The position numbers were made by a program, and so were the translations under genes. The notes below the pieces were generated by a model. It saw only the letters and a program-made list of their open reading frames with translations. It made no database searches and was not told the DNA's origin. From assembly GCA_963662585.1 (NCBI GenBank), contig OY759729.1:2592001-2656000 (forward strand): a DNA stretch of 64,000 nt, in the 5' to 3' direction. Below are positions 49,566 to 59,228 of the stretch, piece after piece. Source of the DNA: Candidatus Cloacimonadales bacterium (GTDB lineage Bacteria > Cloacimonadota > Cloacimonadia > Cloacimonadales > JAFGVF01). The stretch's first letter is position 1, and every line of letters begins with the position of its first letter.

Positions 49566-50741
49566 ATGAAAAGAAGTTTATTAATTATTATTTGCCTGTC
49601 TCTTTCTATTTTTGCCTGGGGTACAAACTTCCCGACAAAGCCGACAAAAAAACAAAAAGACTTGAGAATTGAAGAACAATTATCCAGCTATCTTTATAGC
49701 TTAGCAGATACTTTAACCTATGAATTACAAGATAAATACCACGCTGACTATTCTTATACAGGAACTAAAATAGAGTCAGTCTTAGTAAAAGAACTAATTG
49801 ATAATAATTGGTCAGAAATAGAAAATTATCAGTATCAATATGATGAAGATAGAATTACTGAAGAAGTATATCAAATTTATGACAACGGCTGGCTAAATTA
49901 TCAGAGAGAGAGTTATACATATAATGAAGATAATTTACTTATTACCTATCAACAAGATAACTGGCTTAATAATGCCTGGGAAGCTTATCTTCTTATTGAC
50001 TATATCTATGATGCTGAAGGGGTATTAATCAACGAAGAATGGACTTATTATACCACTTCCCGAGAAATAGATACTGCTTATGATGTTACTTATCAGTATG
50101 ACCAAGAAGGAATGGTAGAAGGGGAAACTTGGACTTACTCAATAGATAATATCAATTGGATCAACTACTTGAAAGGTATCTACCAACGCAATGATGATTA
50201 TGTAATCGTGCATGAAGATTGGCAATATTGGAGTGATAATGTTTGGATTAGTTATCTTCAATATACCCATACCTATAACGACTTTCTCTTAATAGGATAT
50301 ACAGAAGGATTAACTTTCCTCGATAACCAATGGCAATATTATGATAACTATTCTTATACTTATAATACGAATCAAAATACTGTCGATATAATTGGGAAAT
50401 TATGGTCTACTGATGCTAATAACTGGGTTAACTCCTATAAATACCACTATGAGTATCAAGAAGTTATCACTAGTAATCAAAATGTCGAAATAGCTAATGA
50501 CTTGAATGTCTCCGTTTTTCCTAATCCAATTATAAATGAAATTAAATTTGCTTCCAAAAATCAGCTGAAAAAAGTTTCTGTGTATAATCTAAAAGGTCAG
50601 AGAATATACTCTTCGTTTCTCAATGATAAGCAAGGTACACTTCTTAATCTAAATAATTATCCAAATGGTATCTACTTCTTTAAATTTGAAGATGATAAGG
50701 GAAATGTAGCTGTTACTAAGAAATTAAAAATTAAGAATTGA
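49566..50741 (+). CDS. Secreted Tyr/Trp-repeat protein with T9SS-like C-terminal domain
   Basis: Repeated W...Y.Y.YD units; VFPNP...YNLKGQ...GIYF tail. Confidence 0.8.
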   Translation: MKRSLLIIICLSLSIFAWGTNFPTKPTKKQKDLRIEEQLSSYLYSLADTLTYELQDKYHADYSYTGTKIESVLVKELIDNNWSEIENYQYQYDEDRITEEVYQIYDNGWLNYQRESYTYNEDNLLITYQQDNWLNNAWEAYLLIDYIYDAEGVLINEEWTYYTTSREIDTAYDVTYQYDQEGMVEGETWTYSIDNINWINYLKGIYQRNDDYVIVHEDWQYWSDNVWISYLQYTHTYNDFLLIGYTEGLTFLDNQWQYYDNYSYTYNTNQNTVDIIGKLWSTDANNWVNSYKYHYEYQEVITSNQNVEIANDLNVSVFPNPIINEIKFASKNQLKKVSVYNLKGQRIYSSFLNDKQGTLLNLNNYPNGIYFFKFEDDKGNVAVTKKLKIKN

Positions 50742-50925
50742 GCTACAGGGCAGGCCTTCATTCCTGAAGGCAATACTTTTCACATGGATTCATACTAATT
50801 GAAACAAATTAGCACGAATTTAAAAATGACCTAATACAGTGTTTTAATAATAAGAGCTAGACTTCAATTGTAGTTTATGGTATAAAAATAGCTTAATATA
50901 TACTTCTTTAAAATAAATATAATAA

Positions 50926-52503
50926 CAGGCATACCCCCAAAAAACTTTGATATAATATAGTGAACTTTCAGTTTTATAGTAAGTTAGATATAAAAATTGT
51001 CTAAAAAGATTGATTTATAGGTATTACGAATAAACTTAAACTTTTCTATTAAAATTACGAGAAAGCTTGCAAACAAGGCTAATATTAAGACACTTTTAGA
51101 AATAGTATAACTAATTGATAGATAATAAAATAAGAAAAATAATCCTTGCAAAAAAAGTGCTCCTAAATACAATTAGATTATCTACCAAATAATTTCTAAA
51201 GGAGCACTTTAACAATGGATTTAAAAAAACAGAATATAATAAATTTACAAGGTAAATTTTCAAAAAGAGTAAAAAAATATTCAGAAGGCTTAACTATTCC
51301 TGAGCATAAAGCCTTGAAAGATATAACGAAAGGAGTCATTTCAAGTAGCTCGGTTATTGTTCGACAAATAGCAACAAGTTTACATGAAAAAATTAGTTTA
51401 GATAAAGTATGTGAGAGATTATATAGAAACCTAAAGAATGAGAAAATTGGAAAAGTGGTAAGTGAAAATTTGTTAAAATACAACAGTGCAAAAGCTACCA
51501 ATGACACATATTTTATAGTTGATGAATCAGATATATTGAAGCCAGAATCAAATAAGTTAGAAGGACTATCAAGAGTTAGAGATGGTTCTACCGGACAAAG
51601 AGCGAAAGGTTATCATTTACTTAATATTGCATCACTAACAGATAATGGTAAGAACTATTCAATACTCCCAATATGCAGTCAATTATATAGTAATATTATA
51701 GAAGAAGATACTTCTAAGAATATACTTGAAGATAGAATTATAGATATTACTATTCACAGTAATAATAAAGGTATTTTTGTGTTTGATAGAGGTTATGATA
51801 GCCGTAAGTTAATAACTTTACTTTCAAATAATGAAAATAACTATATAATTAGAAGTACAGGTAAGAGATCTTTTATTGAGGATAATACCGAAGTTAGTTT
51901 TTCATCAGTAGTAAGACAAATTAAACTTAAACATGAGTTTAAAACATCTGATAATAAAACTTTTAATTGCGGAACAAAGAGAGTGAAAATAAGAATTAAT
52001 CCACATAAACGTAAGCATCCAGATATAGTTGAAGCAAACTTAGTTGTTGTAAGGCATGGTAAAAAAGGAGGCTTGTTTTATTTTCTATGTAACTTTAATG
52101 ATAGCACAATGACAGACTATGAAATAATATTAAAAGCTGTTAAAGGATACAGAAAAAGATGGAAAATCGAAGAGTTCCATAGACATATCAAGCAGGAGTT
52201 TAATTGGGAAAAAGTTCAGCTGATGAGTTATGTAGGATTGAAAAATATTAATGTTATATTAATGGTGGCAGTAGATATAGTTTATTCTACAATAAAATAT
52301 CTGGAAGAACTTTTATATCAATTCCCTGAGTTCGGTAGCACTAATTATAAGAATCATACCTATGTCTATTACAAACTGAGTAGAATCATAAAGCACATAT
52401 TTAATAACACTAAATTGAATAAAATTATACCGCACAAGGGGGAATATCATGACAAGCTACAACTACGGATCAATTTCTTATAAAAATAATGGGGGTATGC
52501 CAG
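50926..52503 (+). mobile_element. IS4-like (DDE) insertion sequence, 1578 bp
   Basis: Terminal IRs CAGGCATACCCCCA / TGGGGGTATGCCAG; flanking direct repeat AATAAATATAATAA at 50912-50925 and 52504-52517. Confidence 0.92.
51215..52483 (+). CDS. DDE transposase (IS4-like)
   Basis: IVDESD, VFDRGYD, YRKRWKIEEFHRHIKQ (YREK-like motif). Confidence 0.92.
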   Translation: MDLKKQNIINLQGKFSKRVKKYSEGLTIPEHKALKDITKGVISSSSVIVRQIATSLHEKISLDKVCERLYRNLKNEKIGKVVSENLLKYNSAKATNDTYFIVDESDILKPESNKLEGLSRVRDGSTGQRAKGYHLLNIASLTDNGKNYSILPICSQLYSNIIEEDTSKNILEDRIIDITIHSNNKGIFVFDRGYDSRKLITLLSNNENNYIIRSTGKRSFIEDNTEVSFSSVVRQIKLKHEFKTSDNKTFNCGTKRVKIRINPHKRKHPDIVEANLVVVRHGKKGGLFYFLCNFNDSTMTDYEIILKAVKGYRKRWKIEEFHRHIKQEFNWEKVQLMSYVGLKNINVILMVAVDIVYSTIKYLEELLYQFPEFGSTNYKNHTYVYYKLSRIIKHIFNNTKLNKIIPHKGEYHDKLQLRINFL

Positions 52504-52577
52504 AATAAATATAATAATATTTGACAAATAATGATTTACTTAGTATCTTTGATAAACTTATGTACTGAGGAGTTCTG

Positions 52578-54020
52578 ATGAAAAAGATAAGTAGATTGTT
52601 TTTAGGAATAATAGTTTTTTTTAGTATATTTATAGCTATTAGCTGTAGTGATGATAACACTACTAAACCAATTCAGGTTTCAGCCCCAGTGTTTTCTCCC
52701 ATAGCAGGAACATATTACAGATTCTTACAAGTTACCATATCAAGTGAAACTTCTGGATCTATAATCCGTTATACTACTGATGGAAGTGAACCAACAGAAT
52801 CATCACCATTATATACTAGTCCAATAGCTGTTGAAAAAATAACTACTATCAAAGCTATGGCATTCAAAGAAAATGGTTCACCAAGTGCAATTATCTCTGC
52901 TAACTATAATCTTGTAATGCCAGTAATAGCATCTTTAGAATTTACTCCTGCTGCTGGAAACCATAATTTTTCTAAGATTGTTGAGATTAAGTGTGCAACT
53001 CCTGGGGTAGAAATCTTCTATACTTTAGACGAAAGTGAACCTAGCCAAATGTCAGAACCATATAACTCTCCAATATATATTACTAGTAATACAACTATAA
53101 AAGCAAAAGCATTTAGATTTAATCATTATCCCAGTCAGACCTTAGTCGGAGAGTATATTATTGATTACCCTGCTGCAACAAATCCGAGTCCTGCAGACAA
53201 TGCTTCAAACATAGTTTCAACTCCTATTCTTTCTTGGGAAACACTTGCTAAAAAAGATAAGAATTTAAGTTTTGATCTCTATTTTGGTACTTCTGCGAAT
53301 CCAATCTTGCTTTCTGAAAATCAAACAGAATACACTTATCAAACAGCTGAGTTGAATCTTGGAACTACTTATTATTGGAAAGTTATTACCCATGATGGAG
53401 AGATAGAGAGTGAAAGTCCTGTATGGAGCTTTTCAACCGATGTCCCTCTTAATGCCTCACCTGAAAATGATGCTGTTGATGTTACTTTAAATCCAACTTT
53501 AACTTGGGAAGTAGCTGTAAGAAGTACTTTTAAAGCAAAAGATTATCTTTATGATGTTTACTTAGGTGAAATCAATTCTCTTGAATTAGTATCAGAAATG
53601 CAATCAGAAGAAGTTTATATTCCACCTCAGTTAATAGAAGGGACTACTTACTTTTGGAAAATAGTAGTCACTGTAGCTGATTTACAAGTTGAAGGACCTA
53701 TCTGGCAATTTACCACTAATCATGCCCCAGAAGCTCCAGTAAATATTTTTCCAGAGAATAACGCAGTTGATGTTACTCTCCATCCAACTTTAAGATGGCT
53801 ATCAACTGATGCAAGAAATTCCCAAAGTAGAAACTTGAGCTTTGATGTATATTTCGGGACTAGCAATAATCCTGAATTAGTAGCAGATAATCAGTTAAAT
53901 CAGACTTTTAGGCCTAATGACTTAATCGAAGAAACTACTTATTATTGGAAAGTTGTGGCAAGTGACGGTGAAATTGAGGTTGAAAGTCCTGTGTGGAGTT
54001 TTACTACAGGGAATCAGTAA
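52578..54020 (+). CDS. Lipoprotein with two chitobiase/FN3-associated and three Ig/FN3-like domains
   Basis: Lipobox AISC; IRYTTDGSEP and IFYTLDESEP; three TTYYWKV...SPVWSF.T repeats. Confidence 0.85.
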   Translation: MKKISRLFLGIIVFFSIFIAISCSDDNTTKPIQVSAPVFSPIAGTYYRFLQVTISSETSGSIIRYTTDGSEPTESSPLYTSPIAVEKITTIKAMAFKENGSPSAIISANYNLVMPVIASLEFTPAAGNHNFSKIVEIKCATPGVEIFYTLDESEPSQMSEPYNSPIYITSNTTIKAKAFRFNHYPSQTLVGEYIIDYPAATNPSPADNASNIVSTPILSWETLAKKDKNLSFDLYFGTSANPILLSENQTEYTYQTAELNLGTTYYWKVITHDGEIESESPVWSFSTDVPLNASPENDAVDVTLNPTLTWEVAVRSTFKAKDYLYDVYLGEINSLELVSEMQSEEVYIPPQLIEGTTYFWKIVVTVADLQVEGPIWQFTTNHAPEAPVNIFPENNAVDVTLHPTLRWLSTDARNSQSRNLSFDVYFGTSNNPELVADNQLNQTFRPNDLIEETTYYWKVVASDGEIEVESPVWSFTTGNQ

Positions 54021-54047
54021 GTCTGACTATGAAGAAAGAAAAATTAA

Positions 54048-54089
54048 GGCACTCTTTCAAGTAAAGTGGGTCTTAGGAAAAAAAGTAAT
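54048..54089 (+). repeat. Solo copy of the array leader, with no repeat units
   Basis: GGCACTCTTTCAAGTAAAGTGGGTCTTAGGAAAAAAAGTAAT. Confidence 0.8.
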
Positions 54090-54415
54090 AAAAGTATCTT
54101 TGAAGCTTGCTGAGCTTGTCGATAAGGATATACCTTTTAGCTTTGAATTTCTACCTTTAGATTTAACTCCTCTTAACGAGTTGATACTTCATTACTAATT
54201 TTTATATTCCTAAATTAAAAAGATCATTTATTAGTATTTATGAGCGATAGAGACCTATATTTACATTTTGCTTGATAGTCTCATCCTTCCCGACTATATC
54301 ATTATATTCCTCTTACTTCTCGTAAATCGAGCATATCTTTTTAAATCCTTTGACAGAAAAAGAATAATCATAAAATCTGGTCATAGTTATAAAAATATGT
54401 AATCAGGAGATTTAT

Positions 54416-55660
54416 ATGTCAGAGAAATTAAATTTGACCAAATCAATGAAGCTTTATGAAGAAGCTTTAGAGTTAGTTCCGGGTGCTGTAGCAGGTATTA
54501 GAAGACCTTACAACTTTGTTCCCGGTGAATATCCTATCTTCTTTGACCGTGCTAAAGGTGGCAAGGTTTGGGATGTTGATGGAAATGAATATTTAGACTT
54601 CTTATGTGCTTATGGTCCGATAATCGTAGGTCATTGTGAAGAAGAGATTGATAATGCTGTAATAGAACAAATCAGAACTAAGGGTTTTTGCTTCTCACTA
54701 ACACAAGAGATTCAAAATAAGTTAGTTAGAAAACTTCAAGAGCATATTCCTTCATGTGAAATGGCAGTTCTTTTAAAAACTGGTTCAGATACTACAACAG
54801 CAGCTGTTAGAGCAGCTCGTGCTTATACAGATAGAAAGATAATAATCAGATGTGGATATCATGGCTGGCACGATTGGTGTGTGGAAGTCAAAGGTGGAGT
54901 ATTAGAAAAGAATTATGAAGATACTCTTGAATTCACTTATAATCATTTAGATGAATTAGAAGATTTAATGAAAAAACATGGTGATGATGTTGCTGGTATT
55001 ATCGTTACTCCAGTTGGACATCCACTTGGACACGAAGTAGAAATGCCTAAGCCAGGTTTCTTAGAAGGTGTAAGAGAATTAGCTACCAAGCATGGTTCTT
55101 TGTTAATCTTTGATGAAATCAGATCTGGTTTCCGTTATTCTATGGGGGGCGCTCAAAAAGTTTTTGGAGTAACTCCTGATTTATCTACTTTCGGTAAAGC
55201 TATGGCTAACGGTTATGCTATTGCTGCTTTAGTTGGTAAGAAAGAATTTATGAGTGTCTTTGCAGACAAAGCTTTCTTGTCTTCTACTTACTTCCCAAAT
55301 AGTGATTCCCAAGTTGCTTCTTTAGCTACTATTTCTTTCTTAGAAAAGTATAATGTCTTAGATGTAATCAAAGCAAAAGGTGAAAAGTTTGCAGCTAACT
55401 TAAGCAAAATAGTAGCTGATTCAGGACTACCAGTTAATTTCTCAGGTGGTGCTTTTATGCCATTCCTTACTTTTGTACCTGATGCAGATAAATTGTATAA
55501 GAAAGCAAGGGTTCAATTCTATACTGAATTAATCAGAAGAGGTGTCTTCTTACAACCTTATCATCATGGATATATTGCATATCGTCATACTGAAGAAGAA
55601 CTTATTCACGCTGCAAATATGATTAAAGAGTCATTAGACGCGATTAAAAAGTTTTACTAA
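54416..55660 (+). CDS. kat: 3-aminobutyryl-CoA aminotransferase (class III)
   Basis: FDEIRSGFR, STFGKAMANG; sequence closely resembles Cloacimonas Kat as I recall it; adjacent to kce. Confidence 0.85.
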   Translation: MSEKLNLTKSMKLYEEALELVPGAVAGIRRPYNFVPGEYPIFFDRAKGGKVWDVDGNEYLDFLCAYGPIIVGHCEEEIDNAVIEQIRTKGFCFSLTQEIQNKLVRKLQEHIPSCEMAVLLKTGSDTTTAAVRAARAYTDRKIIIRCGYHGWHDWCVEVKGGVLEKNYEDTLEFTYNHLDELEDLMKKHGDDVAGIIVTPVGHPLGHEVEMPKPGFLEGVRELATKHGSLLIFDEIRSGFRYSMGGAQKVFGVTPDLSTFGKAMANGYAIAALVGKKEFMSVFADKAFLSSTYFPNSDSQVASLATISFLEKYNVLDVIKAKGEKFAANLSKIVADSGLPVNFSGGAFMPFLTFVPDADKLYKKARVQFYTELIRRGVFLQPYHHGYIAYRHTEEELIHAANMIKESLDAIKKFY

Positions 55661-55674
55661 AAAAATAAAAATAG

Positions 55675-56520
<846 letters not shown>

Positions 56521-56543
56521 TAAGTAAACTAATAATTAAATAT

Positions 56544-56568
56544 AAGGCGGAATTAATTCCGCCTTTTT
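56544..56568 (+). terminator. kce terminator, the intron target
   Basis: AAGGCGGAA-TTAA-TTCCGCCTT-TTT. Confidence 0.85.
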
Positions 56569-58679
56569 GTTTGCCCAGAATGTTATCTGAGCCGATGGAC
56601 TGAAAGAAGTCCTGACACCCAACTGACAGGAAGTCAATCTGAGGTCAAGGGCGTTGCTGGCAACGGCAGGGTCTGAAGTAAGACGCAGGAAGAATGTGGA
56701 ACATAGCGAAAGTAAACTGATTTTGGTTCATGTAGTGGGTAACTCTTCGAAAAGTGAGAACGCCCAAAAGTCAGTCGATTACATGGATTACAACAGATGG
56801 ATTTACATTCAGGCAGGATAGCTTAACTGGGGAAGCCTGTTAATGTCTCTAATAGAGTAACTATGACTACAAGCTGAAAGGCAAGAGTTGTATTAAGCAT
56901 AAGCAGGTGGCAGATGATTCCGTAGTAGTGACTAACCCTTTGCCTATGAAAGCTGGTGACAGACTGGAGGATAAAACAGAGGGGACAATATTCTTAGTAA
57001 TATTGGGGGATATTTTTCAAAAGGAAATATCTCATGTGAAGGGATGAAGATAAACCAAAGAATAAACATAATTAAAGAGATATTTTCTTAAAAGTAGGAA
57101 ACGAAGAGAATCGAAAGATTCAAGGCTCGGATAGACGGTGGTGAGTACCTTCTTTCTATCATGACCTTACGAGACTGAGTAGATGAAGTTAAAAAAAGGA
57201 TAATAGTCAAAACCTATAAAATCTTTGATAGATTGCTTTATGCTAAAAACTTCGAAGGTCTTCATTGAATTAACTGTCATTTGAAAGTATAATTTAAACA
57301 TTGTTTATTGTGAAAAAGGAGAAACTAAATGAAAAAGTGGTACAGTTTAATTGATAAAGTTTACTCAAAAGGTAATCTCTATGAATCTTTCCTAAAGGTA
57401 AAGAAAAATAGAGGTGCAGAAGGTATAGATAATATTACTATATCTAAGTTTGGTGAGACTCTACAAGAGAACTTAGAGCAGATTCATTTAGAATTGAAAA
57501 GTGGGAAGTATATCCCATCACCTGTGAAACGGGTAGAGATACCTAAAGGAAATGGTAAGATGAGGCCATTAGGAATACCTACTGTAAAAGATAGAATCGT
57601 ACAGCAGGCAATAAATAACATCATCCAACCAATTTTTGAACCTGATTTTCATCCACAAAGCTATGGCTACCGTCCCAACAAAAGTTGTCAAAAGGCAGTG
57701 GCTAAAGCACATATATTAATGGTTCAGGAAGAGCTTCCTTTTGTAGTGGATATGGATTTATCAAAATGTTTTGATACATTAAATCATAAATTCATAATGC
57801 AATCATTAAATAGGAAAATAAGTGACGGAACATTATTAAAGTTGATAGAGAAAATCTTAAAGTCTGGTGTTATGCAAGAAGGGAAGTATAGCGAAACTGA
57901 AGTAGGAAGTCCACAAGGAGGGGTAATCTCTCCACTTCTTATGAACATATATCTTGATAGTTTTGACCAAGAAATGAAAAGTCGAGGAATCGAGATAGTA
58001 CGCTATGCTGATGACATTTTACTTTTTGCTAAGACTAAGAAAAAAGCAGAACAATATCAACGAATTGCGGTAGAATATCTAAACTCAATTTATCTCATCG
58101 TAAATGAAGAAAAGACACATATTGCGAGTGTATTTAAAGGAGTCAAGTATCTTGGCTTCGAAATACATGAATCATATGTAAAGATAGAGGATAAAAGAGT
58201 AAAAGCGTTCAAAGATAAGATTCGGTCACTGACTCCACGGAATAGCGGAATTAATGTCCAGACAATGATTAAAAGACTTAATCCGATATTGAGAGGTTGG
58301 TCGAATTACTTTAGGGTGGCAAATTGCAAAGGAGTCTTTCAGTCTCTATTATCATGGATAAGGCGGCGACTAAGAATGAAGAAAATGCGGGAATGGAAAA
58401 GTTGGAAAGCTTTTCACCAACAACTTAGAAGAGTTGGGCATAAAAGTGATTTTCCGAAAATATCTATGACACATTGGAAGAATTCTGGTTGTTATCATAT
58501 TCATAGAGCTTTACCTAATGAATGGTTTGAGCAATTAGGGCTATATGACTTACTATCGAAACCTACAAGTGTTTTATTTAATTATTATGAATAATTACAA
58601 GGTTTATCAGGAGCCGTGTACGAGTCCCGTACGCACGGTTCTGTGAGAGGGATGGTGCTAACGCACCACCCTACTCGAT
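56569..58679 (+). mobile_element. Group II intron, IIC-like
   Basis: Begins right after a terminator with GTTTGCCCAGAATG. Domain V GAGCCGTGTACG...CGTACGCACGGTTC and domain VI ending CCTACTCGAT; RT ORF inside. Confidence 0.9.
57329..58594 (+). CDS. Group II intron reverse transcriptase/maturase, no endonuclease domain
   Basis: RPLGIPTVKDR, SYGYRP, DLSKCFD, GSPQGG, RYADD, maturase LRGWSNYF. Confidence 0.95.
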   Translation: MKKWYSLIDKVYSKGNLYESFLKVKKNRGAEGIDNITISKFGETLQENLEQIHLELKSGKYIPSPVKRVEIPKGNGKMRPLGIPTVKDRIVQQAINNIIQPIFEPDFHPQSYGYRPNKSCQKAVAKAHILMVQEELPFVVDMDLSKCFDTLNHKFIMQSLNRKISDGTLLKLIEKILKSGVMQEGKYSETEVGSPQGGVISPLLMNIYLDSFDQEMKSRGIEIVRYADDILLFAKTKKKAEQYQRIAVEYLNSIYLIVNEEKTHIASVFKGVKYLGFEIHESYVKIEDKRVKAFKDKIRSLTPRNSGINVQTMIKRLNPILRGWSNYFRVANCKGVFQSLLSWIRRRLRMKKMREWKSWKAFHQQLRRVGHKSDFPKISMTHWKNSGCYHIHRALPNEWFEQLGLYDLLSKPTSVLFNYYE

Positions 58680-58705
58680 TTATGGGTCTAATTTCTCCAG
58701 AGCCT

Positions 58706-58736
58706 AATGTTTCCTCACTACATTGTCAAAATGACA
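58706..58736. promoter_or_regulatory. Candidate upstream activator sites
   Basis: AATGT-N9-ACATT and TGTCA-AAA-TGACA, about 100-130 bp upstream of the -24/-12 motif. Confidence 0.45.
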
Positions 58737-58837
58737 TATCTATATAGCATATAATATCTAATACACCATTTATGAAAATACTCTCAAAAACAACCTAACT
58801 TCTTGTATAATATAAGTATAAGTCTTGTTGTAAAATG

Positions 58838-58853
58838 TGGAACACTCTGTGCT
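58838..58853 (+). promoter_or_regulatory. Candidate sigma54 promoter
   Basis: TGGAACACTCTGTGCT, GG-N10-GC. Confidence 0.6.
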
Positions 58854-58865
58854 ATTATAAGTTGT

Positions 58866-59228
58866 ATGAAAAAAATAATTATTATTGATGATGATATAAT
58901 GAGTTTAGAAAGCTTAGATCGACTTATCACTGAGTGGGATTTTGTTACTGAGACATATTCAAGAGAGAATGATATTTCTCAGCAAAAGATTATGAGCTCT
59001 TATTATTGTGCTATTGTCGATTATAAACTTCCTAATACTAATGGTATTAAGGTGTTAGATGCTTTTAAAAAGAAAGATAATAAGATTATTCCAATTCTAA
59101 TTAGTGGATTTGAAATTGATCAAGAACTTCTTAAGGAAATTGAAGCAAAATATATCTATTTTCTTAAGAAACCCATTGATATACAGTTATTAAAAAAAAT
59201 TATAAACCCTAAAATGGAGAAAAAATGA
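58866..59228 (+). CDS. Single-domain response regulator
   Basis: IIDDD, VDYKLP..NG, ISG, KKP; likely start is the ATG at 58866. Confidence 0.85.
   Translation: MKKIIIIDDDIMSLESLDRLITEWDFVTETYSRENDISQQKIMSSYYCAIVDYKLPNTNGIKVLDAFKKKDNKIIPILISGFEIDQELLKEIEAKYIYFLKKPIDIQLLKKIINPKMEKK

Noticed and set aside
53953..54198. 81-aa ORF overlapping the lipoprotein end
   Set aside because: No RBS, overlaps a real gene and runs through the non-coding leader motif.
54416..55660. hemL (glutamate-1-semialdehyde aminomutase)
   Set aside because: Same family, but adjacency to kce and the N-terminal sequence favour Kat.
57329..58594. Retron, DGR or defence RT linked to the HNH gene or the arrays
   Set aside because: It has a maturase domain and flanking intron domains V/VI, and lies tens of kb from those features.
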